Assembly: GCA_964350165.1 (NCBI GenBank)
Contig: CAYGJA010000002.1
Location: forward strand, 119,822 to 183,821
DNA from: an uncultured Candidatus Saccharibacteria bacterium
GTDB taxonomy: Bacteria > Patescibacteriota > Minisyncoccia > Phycocordibacterales > UBA1006
Length of the DNA: 64,000 nucleotides
Direction: 5' to 3'
In this document: positions 48,806 through 58,213 of the stretch, one piece after another
How the letters are laid out: each line of letters starts with the position of its first letter
Position numbering within the stretch: the stretch's first letter is position 1
Position numbers and translations under genes: made by a program
Notes under the pieces: model-generated
Database searches by the model: none
Told to the model about the DNA's origin: nothing
What the model saw: the letters and a program-made list of their open reading frames with translations, nothing else

Positions 48806-49969
48806 ATGGAATTAAAATTAGGGGGGCAAAACTATGTCCCCAACGATGCTTTTGCTAGAAAAATACAGGCAGAGGCAAAAAAAATAATTCAGCAGGCTCG
48901 GCCCTGGCGCCTTGAGCTTGTATTATGGAGAAACTTGTTAATCGGGCTTATTTTCTTTTTGACACCTATCGTACTGATGTGTCTGAATTTTCTTAATTGG
49001 TGGCTGGTTCCTGTGTATATCCTTTCTCTGGGAGAAGGCTTTGTATGGATTGGGACCTCCCAGCATCACGGAAGTCACGGGGCTTTCGCCGCTGTGGGTA
49101 GTAAGAAAAGAAAAAAAAAGATAAACAGTTTTGTAGCGCACCTGATTCTTGTGGTCGGGCTGTGGATTGATAACTGGATGACAGAACACGTAGTTCTGCA
49201 CCATGGCAATACGAACATCTATGGAAAAGATGCTGACTTGGGGTCCGGAGAGTCAGCTGGGCTAGCGTTTAGCGTGTACACAAAACTAACCAAACCCTTT
49301 CGTCAACGTAATCGTTGGTGGGTAAAGTTGCTATACGCACTTACTTTTGTCAGTTGGATTTGGATTGCTGATGATAGAAGATTGAGGCGATATTACGGCT
49401 ATCACGGACGCGCCTTGGTGCGTAAAGATAAGACTTTGTCCTGGCACCTCTGGAGACTTTGGGGATATAAGATTTGTTACTTCTTGGTTATCATCGGGCT
49501 ACCCATCTTTTTGGGGTCCACCTGGTACTTAGTCTTGATAACCTGGCTGGGGTGTTGGGTTTATGCAGGATTAGATCTGATGCCCGTGTTCCAGGCTGCG
49601 CATTGTACTAGCCTGGTAAAGCACCACGACGGGCAAGTCGCCGAGAAGGAAAAAGTTAGTTTTTCTCGTCATGCTATAGAAACTACCGCCAACTTTCACT
49701 GGCCTGGGATTTGGGGAAAAGTCTTGAGTCATAAGTATGGAATGCTTACTCATCAGATAGAACACCACATTTGGCCTACGGTAAGCCCGGTGTTATATTC
49801 TGTTTTGGCCAAAATGGTCAAAAAAGAGGTTGATATCTGGAATCAGGATCACCCTGATGACCAAATTCTATATCAAGACCTCCTATACAAGGAGGCCAAG
49901 GAAGCACACTTCAAGCATGTAGAACAAATTCCGCTAATTAAAGCCGCAGAATTTCAGACGGTGGCTTGA
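48806..49969 (+). CDS. Membrane fatty-acid desaturase family protein
   Basis: It has the three His boxes HHGSHGAF, HVVLHHGNTNI and QIEHHIWP, and multiple TM helices. Confidence 0.55.
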   Translation: MELKLGGQNYVPNDAFARKIQAEAKKIIQQARPWRLELVLWRNLLIGLIFFLTPIVLMCLNFLNWWLVPVYILSLGEGFVWIGTSQHHGSHGAFAAVGSKKRKKKINSFVAHLILVVGLWIDNWMTEHVVLHHGNTNIYGKDADLGSGESAGLAFSVYTKLTKPFRQRNRWWVKLLYALTFVSWIWIADDRRLRRYYGYHGRALVRKDKTLSWHLWRLWGYKICYFLVIIGLPIFLGSTWYLVLITWLGCWVYAGLDLMPVFQAAHCTSLVKHHDGQVAEKEKVSFSRHAIETTANFHWPGIWGKVLSHKYGMLTHQIEHHIWPTVSPVLYSVLAKMVKKEVDIWNQDHPDDQILYQDLLYKEAKEAHFKHVEQIPLIKAAEFQTVA

Positions 49970-49989
49970 TTGATATGTTTAGTTCAAAA

Positions 49990-50029
49990 AAGCAATGCAG
50001 GAAATTATTCCGGCATTGCTTTTATTTTT
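49990..50029. terminator. Bidirectional rho-independent terminator between convergent genes (AAGCAATGC-loop-GCATTGCTT, T-tract)
   Basis: It has a perfect 9-bp stem with T-runs on both sides. Confidence 0.65.
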
Positions 50030-51317
50030 GGGCGGCAATATAGCCAGTGGTCCAACAGAGTTGGAGAGAATATCCGCCAGATGGTCGATTGACATGGAGA
50101 ATGTCGCCGGTGAGATACAGATTGCTATAGAGTTTTGACTGCATGGTTCTGGTGTCTACTTCTGACAGAGGAACCCCACCATCAGATATTACCGCGCGAT
50201 CCATCCCCATTAGTCCTTCTACTTCTAGAGAGAGTCCTTTGAGTCCTTGGACAAGGGCCTTGCGTTCTTCTTTGCTAATACTGTGCACGGGTGTGTCTGG
50301 ACGAGGTGCTCCGGGTAGGTTCAGGGTTGTATCCGCCAGACCTCTCGGACAGATATCAGCTACGACGTTTTTAAAAAATTTGTTTTTGTTGGTTTCAAAA
50401 ATATTTAGAATTTTTTTATCCAAAGAAGCATGGTCTGTGTCAGGATAGCAGTCGATGGTTGCGGTTACTGGTCCCATCTCGAGGAGCTCGTTAATATCAT
50501 AAGCGCTGTTGAGAATAAGCGGCCCCGATAAACCAAAATGAGTAAAGAGAATTTTTCCGGTTTTAGAAAAAGCCTTCTTGTTTTGAGAATAAAAAGTAAT
50601 CTTCATAAAAGAAAGACTGGTGCCAGAAAGTTCCTTGACCCAGCGGTCTTGGACTCGAAGAGGAACAATGTTTGGGTTTGGTTCTGAAATAGTGTGGCCT
50701 AATAATTTGAGCCAAGCAAAGCCGTCGCCAGTGGAACCAGTCTCGGGATGTGATACGCCCCCAGTTGCGATGAGGTAGCGTTTTGCTGTAAAGAGCCCTT
50801 GTTTGGAATTGACTACCGTTATTTTTTTCTCCTTATTATCAGCCCTTATTTCGTAGACGGGGTTATCGGTATAAATATCTACGTTGTATTTTTTAATTTC
50901 CTGCAATAGGGTTCGGTATACATCCAAGGCTTTTTGGCTGGCGGGGAACACACGCTGGCGAGCTTCGGTGACCAGAGGAAGGCCTCTGTTTTCAAAATAA
51001 TCAAAAGTGTCCTGAACACCAAAGCGAGCAAAAGCAGAATGAAGAAATTTGCCAGCTTCGCCATATTTTTTGAGTAGTTCTCGAGTGTCGAATGTGGCGT
51101 TGGTGATATTACAGCGTCCACCACCACTGATTTTTAATTTTTTACCAAGCTCGCTGTTCTTTTCCAAAAGGGCTACTTTTTGTCCCAAAGAACCAGCCAC
51201 AGCAGCTGCCATCATGCCAGAGGCACCTCCACCAACAATAACAAGGTCGTATGTTTTTGTGCGAGCATTCATCACTGGCGCTACTGTATCAGTTGGCTTA
51301 GAAATCTCAAGGGCCAC
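50022..51317 (-). CDS. HI0933-family FAD-dependent flavoprotein (BaiN/aminoacetone-oxidase-like)
   Basis: It has YDLVIVGGGASGMMAA...LLEKN...GKKLKISGGGRCNITN, the hallmark HI0933 N-terminus. Confidence 0.7.
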   Translation of the reverse strand: MALEISKPTDTVAPVMNARTKTYDLVIVGGGASGMMAAAVAGSLGQKVALLEKNSELGKKLKISGGGRCNITNATFDTRELLKKYGEAGKFLHSAFARFGVQDTFDYFENRGLPLVTEARQRVFPASQKALDVYRTLLQEIKKYNVDIYTDNPVYEIRADNKEKKITVVNSKQGLFTAKRYLIATGGVSHPETGSTGDGFAWLKLLGHTISEPNPNIVPLRVQDRWVKELSGTSLSFMKITFYSQNKKAFSKTGKILFTHFGLSGPLILNSAYDINELLEMGPVTATIDCYPDTDHASLDKKILNIFETNKNKFFKNVVADICPRGLADTTLNLPGAPRPDTPVHSISKEERKALVQGLKGLSLEVEGLMGMDRAVISDGGVPLSEVDTRTMQSKLYSNLYLTGDILHVNRPSGGYSLQLCWTTGYIAAQK

Positions 51318-51332
51318 TGGGGCTGGAGTGAT

Positions 51333-52982
51333 TTAATTATCTATTTCTTGGGCCGGAGGAACGCCTAGTTTTTCGAGTGCGAAACGTGTTTTTGTGAAGA
51401 CACCACCTGCCTCTTTTAGTTTTTTGTAGTGTCTGGAATGAGTCTCGAGGAGGTTTTTTATTTGGGGATTCACTCCGGTAACAAAGACTGATATGTTTTT
51501 GTTTTGAAGTATTTCAATAATGGAGTCCAATCCTGCTGCGCCTTCTAGATCCATAAAAGCAACACTACGAAGCCTGAGTATGATGTTGCTTATGTTTGCA
51601 TCAATTTGCTCAAGGCGAAGAAGGTGGGGTTCGGTATTGAGATGGGACAGCACTCCTCGAATTGAATACACAAGAATGTCGTAATCAGCATGGGTCGAGA
51701 ATTTTTTTTCGTTAGCAATGTGAATTTTTTTGCTACTAGTGCTGGAATTATGGGTTGCATCGTAGGATCCCTTGGATACTTTTTCTGCAAAAACCAAAAG
51801 ACCAATAACGCTTCCAATCAAAATACCAAGAGCAGGGTTTTTGTAGAGAGTAATGCCGGCTACAAGCAGTCCAATTCCAAGCGCGTACTTGTCATGGTTG
51901 TAATACAAGAGAAATTCTTTTGCCTGAACCATTCCGATGGCAACATAAAAAAGAATAGCCGCAATTACGGGCATAGGAATAAATTTAAAGAGATTGAAAA
52001 ACAAAAGTGTTATCAGGGCAACAAACAGGGCCTTGAGAGCCGCAGAGGCTCTGTTTTGGGCTCCGGTGTTGATGTTGAGCATGGTTGGGCCCAATACGCC
52101 AGTGGCGGGCATACCTCCAGCCAAACCAGAAACAATATTGGCCAAAGACAAACCGAACATTTCTTTTTTTTCATTGTGACGAGTTCCGGTTGCCTTGTCT
52201 GCTATTTTTGCAGAGAGCATGGTTTCTAATATTCCCACGACGGCAATAGTGATGGCTGGCACCAATAGTCCCCACTGAAATGAAACAAAGTTTGGTAAAT
52301 TAAAAAGTTGGGTTTCCAAATTTCCATAAGCACCTTGAAGTGTTGAGAGGGTAAAGCCAAGGTGTCCTTGAGTTATCAACCAACCTAAAAAAATACCAAA
52401 TGGAGTCACTAGAAGAATACTTGGTGTTTTTTTAAAAAATCTCTTTGCGGCAAACAAGAGTACAAGAAAAACAAAAAAGACTATCGTAGAGGCAAGATCA
52501 AGTTGCGGTATGTTTTGGAGGCTCTCGGCTATGTTTTGTAGCAGAGATTCGTGCTGGGGAAGCTCTGCTAATCCAAGGGCTGCGTTGATTTGAGTTCCAG
52601 CGATAATAGCTGCAATACCTAGTGTAAAACCAAAAATAGCCCCTCCAGGAATAAACTTGAGAAATCGTTGCACATTCAAGAGATAACCAGCAAGCATAAA
52701 GAACCCTGCAATAATGGTGACAATGGGAATGGCGCCAACGCCAAACTCAAGCGCTACAACGGTCAAGATTCCCGCAAAAGCTCCGGCTGGTGAAATAACG
52801 TTAAAATTACTCCCTCCGATTAGTGCGGCGGTCATACCAGCCCAGGCAGAGGTTATCAATCCCATGATGGGAGTACCTCCAGAAGCAATAGCAAAAGAAA
52901 TAGAGAGAGGAACAGAGACAACGGCGATAGAGAGACCGGATTTCCAGTTGAGAAGTAGGTTTTTGGTTATTTTTTCGAACAT
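51333..52982 (-). CDS. SulP-family anion permease with a C-terminal STAS domain
   Basis: It has MFEKITKNLLLNWKSGLSIAVVSVPLSISFAIASGGTP (SulP N-terminal signature). It has about 10-12 TM helices and a STAS-like C-terminus. The ORF is open to 53033, and the internal Met at 52982 is preferred. Confidence 0.65.
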   Translation of the reverse strand: MFEKITKNLLLNWKSGLSIAVVSVPLSISFAIASGGTPIMGLITSAWAGMTAALIGGSNFNVISPAGAFAGILTVVALEFGVGAIPIVTIIAGFFMLAGYLLNVQRFLKFIPGGAIFGFTLGIAAIIAGTQINAALGLAELPQHESLLQNIAESLQNIPQLDLASTIVFFVFLVLLFAAKRFFKKTPSILLVTPFGIFLGWLITQGHLGFTLSTLQGAYGNLETQLFNLPNFVSFQWGLLVPAITIAVVGILETMLSAKIADKATGTRHNEKKEMFGLSLANIVSGLAGGMPATGVLGPTMLNINTGAQNRASAALKALFVALITLLFFNLFKFIPMPVIAAILFYVAIGMVQAKEFLLYYNHDKYALGIGLLVAGITLYKNPALGILIGSVIGLLVFAEKVSKGSYDATHNSSTSSKKIHIANEKKFSTHADYDILVYSIRGVLSHLNTEPHLLRLEQIDANISNIILRLRSVAFMDLEGAAGLDSIIEILQNKNISVFVTGVNPQIKNLLETHSRHYKKLKEAGGVFTKTRFALEKLGVPPAQEIDN

Positions 52983-53082
52983 GACAACAAGAGATTGGCT
53001 CCTTATTTTTATTTTGCCAATAAGTAAAAACAATATCAGTCCCAGTCCTTAAACACAAGAAAGCAACAATCAAAGCGGTGTT

Positions 53083-53991
53083 TTATTTGTTGATATCAAT
53101 GAGATTGTTCGCAATTGCTTGAGTCAGCTCTTCTTCGGTAATTTTTGTCGCATTTGGATCCGTCAACAAGCGTTTCCAAGGAGCCGTTTTGTCAAAATCA
53201 TATGAGCCATAAATAAGAACAGGGGTGCCGTTCTCTATTTTGGCACTTCCGTCTGGAGTGAGCGTCCATTCATTTATCCATCGATAAAGCCAGCGAGCGT
53301 CTTGTGCATAAAAGCGCACACAAGAATGACTTGCCGGATATCCAGGTAATGTGTATTGGTGCAAAGATATCCCTTTTTTGTTGTCTATGTTGATATTCCA
53401 TTTTAATATCCAAGAATCATCAACCGTGCTTACCACTTTCTCTCCTTTCCAGTTTGCAAAATAAAGCCCATTTGCAGTAGGGGTTGCTTGTTTTCCAGAG
53501 CTTACCGGACCACTGCGTACAAGCACGCCATTCTCATAAAAACCAAAAGCCTGTGTGCGCTGTGACACGATGACTAGCTTTGGAATATCTTGCGCTGTGC
53601 TTATATCTGCAGGCATAAATTCCCATAAAGTTGGATTCTTAAAAGAAGTGGGGGCGATAAGTGTCGTGTTGACGCCGAGATGTCTGTCGTCGATACGATT
53701 GATTGCTAGAATGGTAGCAACATTTTTTGATCCGAACTTTTTTGCAAGCTCTGCTCCTGGCCGCTCGCTTACGATGGTAATTTCCTGAAAAAAAATCTCT
53801 GGAATTTTTTCTGCAAGCGCCTTTTCTTTTTCAGGCAATTTTGAGGCGGGGAGAGTGGGTGCTTTGGATGGCGACACATGAGAGCTGGTGTCACCCAAAA
53901 CCAAAGGATCTGGTTTTGGAGGAGAAAACTGAAAATAAGAGAATATTCCTATCCCGGCAAGAAATAAAACCAGGATAAGTATTCGCTTCAT
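53083..53991 (-). CDS. L,D-transpeptidase (YkuD domain) with an N-terminal membrane anchor
   Basis: Its catalytic region is ISLHQYTLPGYPASHSCVRFY (SH[GS]C[VI]R motif). Its N-terminal TM is ILILVLFLAGIGIFSYF. Confidence 0.55.
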   Translation of the reverse strand: MKRILILVLFLAGIGIFSYFQFSPPKPDPLVLGDTSSHVSPSKAPTLPASKLPEKEKALAEKIPEIFFQEITIVSERPGAELAKKFGSKNVATILAINRIDDRHLGVNTTLIAPTSFKNPTLWEFMPADISTAQDIPKLVIVSQRTQAFGFYENGVLVRSGPVSSGKQATPTANGLYFANWKGEKVVSTVDDSWILKWNINIDNKKGISLHQYTLPGYPASHSCVRFYAQDARWLYRWINEWTLTPDGSAKIENGTPVLIYGSYDFDKTAPWKRLLTDPNATKITEEELTQAIANNLIDINK

Positions 53992-54085
53992 CTGTTAATT
54001 ATACCACAAATTACAGATAATTTCAATAATATCTTCACAAAAATACGAAGAGGAAATATTTGGCGACGACGGGCTTGGAGAAGGG

Positions 54086-54598
54086 TTGTATAATGATTTT
54101 GTGAAAAAAATAGTAGTAATGGGCTGTGCGGCTTCAGGAAAAACCACTTTGGCGAAAAAAATAAGCAAAATTATTGATGTTCCGGTTTATCACTTGGACA
54201 GTATTTTTTGGGTGAAAAAAGGAGGAATCAAGCAGGATTTGTTTCTGGAAAAAATCACAAAATTGATGCAGAGGGAAGGATGGGTTATAGAGGGTGATTT
54301 TTCTCGATCAATCACTTTTGAGCCACGTTTACATGCGGCTGATATCATAATTTATTATGATCTTTCTAAGATTATTATTTACTGGCGCCTCTTGAAGCGG
54401 CTTGTAAAAAATTTCTCCAAAGTGCGCGCAGAGATGCCAGGCAACAATACAGAGCTCTCTATATTTATTCCAACCGCAAAACATATTTGGAATTTTCGCT
54501 CAACAAAAGCCCTGGAAAAGATTGAGGAATATAAAAATGCTAAAAAGGTTTTTATTTTAAAAACCCTAAAAGACGAAAAAAAGCTCTTCGCTGGATAA
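54086..54598 (+). CDS. Small P-loop ATPase (topology-modulation protein/adenylate-kinase-like)
   Basis: It has the Walker A motif VVMGCAASGKTTLAKK. The size is 170 aa. Confidence 0.5.
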   Translation: MYNDFVKKIVVMGCAASGKTTLAKKISKIIDVPVYHLDSIFWVKKGGIKQDLFLEKITKLMQREGWVIEGDFSRSITFEPRLHAADIIIYYDLSKIIIYWRLLKRLVKNFSKVRAEMPGNNTELSIFIPTAKHIWNFRSTKALEKIEEYKNAKKVFILKTLKDEKKLFAG

Positions 54599-54713
54599 TG
54601 TCTTTGATGGGTGGGGGTGTGTAGAAAATTAAAGCGAATATGGTTATGGTTTTTTTTGATAGTACAAAATCAAAAATTACGAGTAACAGCATAGTCGGAA
54701 GGCAACAACAATG

Positions 54714-56366
54714 CTAAGACTTATCTGAAAATAAATAGTCTCTTTCATCAACATAACTACCTTTTGGGTACAGAAGATTTCGATACTTCTCGAGTAGTGC
54801 TTTTACCTCATATTGCAGACTCCCCTGAATCTCTTTTTCATAGATACTCCTTAAATCTGAAGTGGCTTGATTTTTAAGATCGATATTTTGTTCATCCCGA
54901 ACATAAAGTACTCCCGAGTTGTAGTGTTTAGTTCTTTCATTAACATGATTACGATGCTCCGTAATCTTTATCATTACCGAACCTAGGCCTTCAGATTTCT
55001 CACTATCTTGTATGTCAACAAATTTATTCTCTAACCAATCGCTATACCCGTGTTTTTGTAAGAGATCCTTAAACTCTTGTGTGAATTGTTGGCCAATTTT
55101 CTGGTGTTTTAACTCTTCTCGTTGGTATGTTGCGTGAACGAGAAGAGAAAGTATCATTTGAGCATTTTTAATATCCTCAATGCTTCCACATAACAACATG
55201 TCGGTTCGCCCAGCAAAGTGTGGCGTTAAGCTCTTTCCATCAGCACCAGGAACGAAGTGTTTTCCAACAACAACCTGACCAGCATCGTAAATGGTTACAC
55301 CATTTATCCCTTGGTTGTGATCAAGAAAAGCAGGAGTGTACTGTAAGGTTTTTGTGCGACTCAACATAAAGGCAAGTGTTGCAATACCGCAACCTTCATT
55401 GTCAAGACGTTGCGGAATGCACGCTTGATAATAAGACTCAGGATCAGTATTTATTCCAGAGCTTTTTTTCTTTTTTTCTAACACCGCAAGACAAAGTTCG
55501 ATCATTTCAGCATTAGCTACAGGATTAGCGACAAAACATGTATCTTGTCCATGTGCAACGAAGCCACCGGTTTTTTTAAGAAAATGACTCAAGGAAGAAT
55601 TTTGACCGGTATGAGCTTTAAGCCCTATGGGCAATAAGGTTTTATCAAACAAAGCTCGCTCAAGCTTTTCTTTTGAAGCTTCCTTAATGACTTCTTTAAT
55701 CTCTCGATCTAGTTCGTTAGTTTCCTTAAAGAAATTCCTTATTGCTTGCTCGGCATACTGCTTGATTCTTTCTTTGCTCTCGAAGACGCTTGATTTGTTT
55801 TTTTCTAGAAAGAGCTTTAGAAATTGAATTTGGTCAAAAGTTATACGATATCCCTTTGAGATATCTTCAAATAGGGTCTTTTGCAGCCCTTGTTCAATAC
55901 CTTGATTATCTAGCATTTTTTCTGTTGTAATTAACTCATCTTTGTGCGGAATTGCTTGTTGATCTTGAAGCAATCCAAAAACATTGCCCAGACTAGAAAC
56001 TCCTCTTATCTCTGAAAGATAATTAAGCCAAAATTTATGCAAAAAACTATACGTCTCGTCAGAATGAGCTAATTTTTGAAATAATGTTTCAGAGACAGTG
56101 GTTGCGTTTTTTATTCTAGTAAAACAATCACCCAGATCAGAAACTACTTTTGTCTTTGAAAGATAATCAAGCCAAAATTTATGAAGGTTTTCATACACCT
56201 GGTCACTTTTCAGTATTGACCGATATTTGTCTTCACCAAACAAGTGCCCCAACGAGCTAGAGTTTTTTATTGTTGAAAGGGTATCACAAAACTCACGCAC
56301 CAAAGCCTCATTTTCTGGTGTTTCATACTGATTATTCCTTTGTGGCTCAGCAAAAGACTCACTCAT
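54714..56366 (-). CDS. Hypothetical 550-aa protein with an N-terminal tandem approximately-45-aa repeat, possibly effector-like
   Basis: The repeats YENLHKFWLDYLSKTKVVSDLGDCF and YSFLHKFWLNYLSEIRGVSSLGNVF match at both protein and DNA level. The C-terminal half contains spaced Cys/His residues (DTCFVANP, EGCGIATLAF, MLLCGSIEDI). Confidence 0.4.
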   Translation of the reverse strand: MSESFAEPQRNNQYETPENEALVREFCDTLSTIKNSSSLGHLFGEDKYRSILKSDQVYENLHKFWLDYLSKTKVVSDLGDCFTRIKNATTVSETLFQKLAHSDETYSFLHKFWLNYLSEIRGVSSLGNVFGLLQDQQAIPHKDELITTEKMLDNQGIEQGLQKTLFEDISKGYRITFDQIQFLKLFLEKNKSSVFESKERIKQYAEQAIRNFFKETNELDREIKEVIKEASKEKLERALFDKTLLPIGLKAHTGQNSSLSHFLKKTGGFVAHGQDTCFVANPVANAEMIELCLAVLEKKKKSSGINTDPESYYQACIPQRLDNEGCGIATLAFMLSRTKTLQYTPAFLDHNQGINGVTIYDAGQVVVGKHFVPGADGKSLTPHFAGRTDMLLCGSIEDIKNAQMILSLLVHATYQREELKHQKIGQQFTQEFKDLLQKHGYSDWLENKFVDIQDSEKSEGLGSVMIKITEHRNHVNERTKHYNSGVLYVRDEQNIDLKNQATSDLRSIYEKEIQGSLQYEVKALLEKYRNLLYPKGSYVDERDYLFSDKS

Positions 56367-56377
56367 GGTTAAATGTA

Positions 56378-56581
56378 TTAAGCAGGTATTCTCTCTGGTT
56401 CTTTTTCCGGCACTGGTTCTACTTTTTCCGGCACCGCCTCTGGTTCTTCTAGGGGCTGCTCTAGAGGCAAAGGATCTTCTTGAGGTTCCTGAAAAGGTAT
56501 TTGTTTTGGAATTCCTGGCTGTTCGGCAATGGGATTAAACCACTCATAAATTTTTTTGGATGTTGTTGCTTGTTCAGACAT
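56378..56581 (-). CDS. Small Pro/Glu-rich ORF immediately upstream of 54714-56366 in another frame, possibly a detached N-terminus
   Basis: It encodes a PEKVEPVPEKEPERIPA low-complexity sequence. There is an 11-nt gap to the next ATG and no RBS. Confidence 0.25.
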   Translation of the reverse strand: MSEQATTSKKIYEWFNPIAEQPGIPKQIPFQEPQEDPLPLEQPLEEPEAVPEKVEPVPEKEPERIPA

Positions 56582-56800
56582 AATGTTGGGATTATTAGCT
56601 TATATATCTATACATAATACCATTATAGATACGCCAAAAAAATAATAATGACACAAAACCACAAAAATCACCTGAGAGGGTGGTTTTTGTGTTGAGGCTG
56701 AAGAATAAGGTGCTAGGTATCTTTTTATAGACATTTCTACTAACAACTAAAAACAAAAAAAGATGATTGAAGGATCTTGAGTTTGAACAATTCAAATACC

Positions 56801-58213
56801 CTACAATGAATAATGAGAATTTTTAATATCGCGTTTCCAAAGCGACATGGGTCTGGTGAGTAAGAAGTACATAATTTCTTGCGGTGTATAGTGATCTTGT
56901 ACCGAATATAGCGCATCTAAACCACTGGTAACAATTGTCCGAAAGTGTTCTTTTTCGCGACTGCTTTCCAGGAGCTCTTCTTTTTTTTGTATGTAAAACT
57001 GCATTGCTTGTTTGATGAAAGAGGGTCTATCGCCCGCCGCAAGACGTGCGAATATTTCATCGCGCATGTTGTCTATTTGCTCGGTCTCACCTCTGTTTCT
57101 TGGGCGCACCTCGCCATTGTGCATCGCCGGCTTTGACCCCCCCCGCCAATCTTTATACGATAATTCAAGCTCATGAAATACGGCATGCATCTGTTCGTGG
57201 TCTATTGTGTTTTGAATTTGACGCTGGAAATAAGGCTTGGATTTTTCCTGTGTTGTTGCATTTATCAGTATTGTTGGTATGAAATCATCTTTATGTTTTG
57301 TGTAAAAAAAGACACCATGTGTGGAACCTTTTTTATTTTCTAGTGCGCAATAGTCTTTTTCTGTTTTTACCATTACCATCAATGAAAAAGGAGTTTTTTT
57401 AAACTCTATTGACTCAGGGTCGAGTGAATTTCTTAATTCAATAGCTTTGTCGTTAGGAATTTCTTGATTTGTCCTTTTTATTACATCTAGGATAAAATCA
57501 ATCTTTGGGATTTCTTTTTGCATAGCAGAATAGCTTCTATAAAAAGAGTCCATTTTTGTGTGGGCATATTTCTGTAATGTAATCGTCGTTTGATTAAAAA
57601 ATTCTACCTCACCATTCTTTTGTTGAGTTATAACATTAAAGGCATTATCTACTAAATCATGCAAAAAAACTGATGTTATTGTCTCGGGGTTACGCTGATA
57701 TTGATTTTTAATTGCAGAAATAGCGTTTTCTGCTGCTCTTTCTAGAGAGTTGCGATATTGCTCTACTGCACTTTTAACTTTACAGAGAACTTCTTCGCGC
57801 AAGGCTGGGGTGATGTTGCGAATACTTGCTGGTAGTCGGATGATTTCCCAGAAATGCTCCTGAATAAAAGCCCTCTGTTGTTGAAGATCTAATTTCTGGA
57901 TGTTTTGCAGTATTCTTTCTTTTTCACGTAGCCGGTGTTCGAGCTCAGCTTTTTCTTCTCGTTTTTTTTGTAGAGCCACAAAGACTTCTTTTGCTTTTTC
58001 GTACCGTTCTGCTTGTCGCTCCGTGAGTCTCTGATAATAATCCAAAGACTCTTCTTCTATAATAGCTCTTCTATTTTGACGATTAAATTGATGAAAAGGT
58101 TCAATCATGTTTTTAGTTTGATGTGAATCTGTAAAACAAATTGTACCATTTAAAATGAACATCGTGAGCGTTATATGGATCTCCGCCGACTGGTGGAGAT
58201 CGAACCTAAACAA
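56801..58213 (-). CDS. Hypothetical 470-aa protein with an HExxH motif and an N-terminal coiled coil, possibly a zinc-metallopeptidase-like effector
   Basis: It has TIDHEQMHAVFHE (HEQMH). It has the coiled-coil sequence EKAKEVFVALQKKREEKAELEHRLREKERILQNIQKLDLQQQ. Confidence 0.35.
   Translation of the reverse strand: MFRFDLHQSAEIHITLTMFILNGTICFTDSHQTKNMIEPFHQFNRQNRRAIIEEESLDYYQRLTERQAERYEKAKEVFVALQKKREEKAELEHRLREKERILQNIQKLDLQQQRAFIQEHFWEIIRLPASIRNITPALREEVLCKVKSAVEQYRNSLERAAENAISAIKNQYQRNPETITSVFLHDLVDNAFNVITQQKNGEVEFFNQTTITLQKYAHTKMDSFYRSYSAMQKEIPKIDFILDVIKRTNQEIPNDKAIELRNSLDPESIEFKKTPFSLMVMVKTEKDYCALENKKGSTHGVFFYTKHKDDFIPTILINATTQEKSKPYFQRQIQNTIDHEQMHAVFHELELSYKDWRGGSKPAMHNGEVRPRNRGETEQIDNMRDEIFARLAAGDRPSFIKQAMQFYIQKKEELLESSREKEHFRTIVTSGLDALYSVQDHYTPQEIMYFLLTRPMSLWKRDIKNSHYSL
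58176..58210. repeat. Cassette-boundary repeat R1 (ggatctccgccgactggtggagatcgaacctaaac), overlapping the PLD gene stop codon
   Basis: It is a member of the GGTTCGAACCTAAAT repeat family. It has a hairpin GATCTCC-N10-GGAGATC. Confidence 0.7.

Noticed and set aside
56378-56581. A small Pro/Glu-rich ORF directly upstream of the 550-aa gene was considered as evidence of a frameshifted pseudogene.
   Set aside because: I cannot distinguish a genuine small gene, a sequencing frameshift or a spurious ORF from sequence alone. It is kept as a low-confidence feature only.
56790-56815. The palindrome TTTGAAC-AA-TTCAAA downstream of the HExxH gene was considered as another member of the cassette repeat family.
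   Set aside because: It has no sequence similarity to the GGTTCGAACC family. It is a short AT-rich hairpin, more likely a weak terminator.
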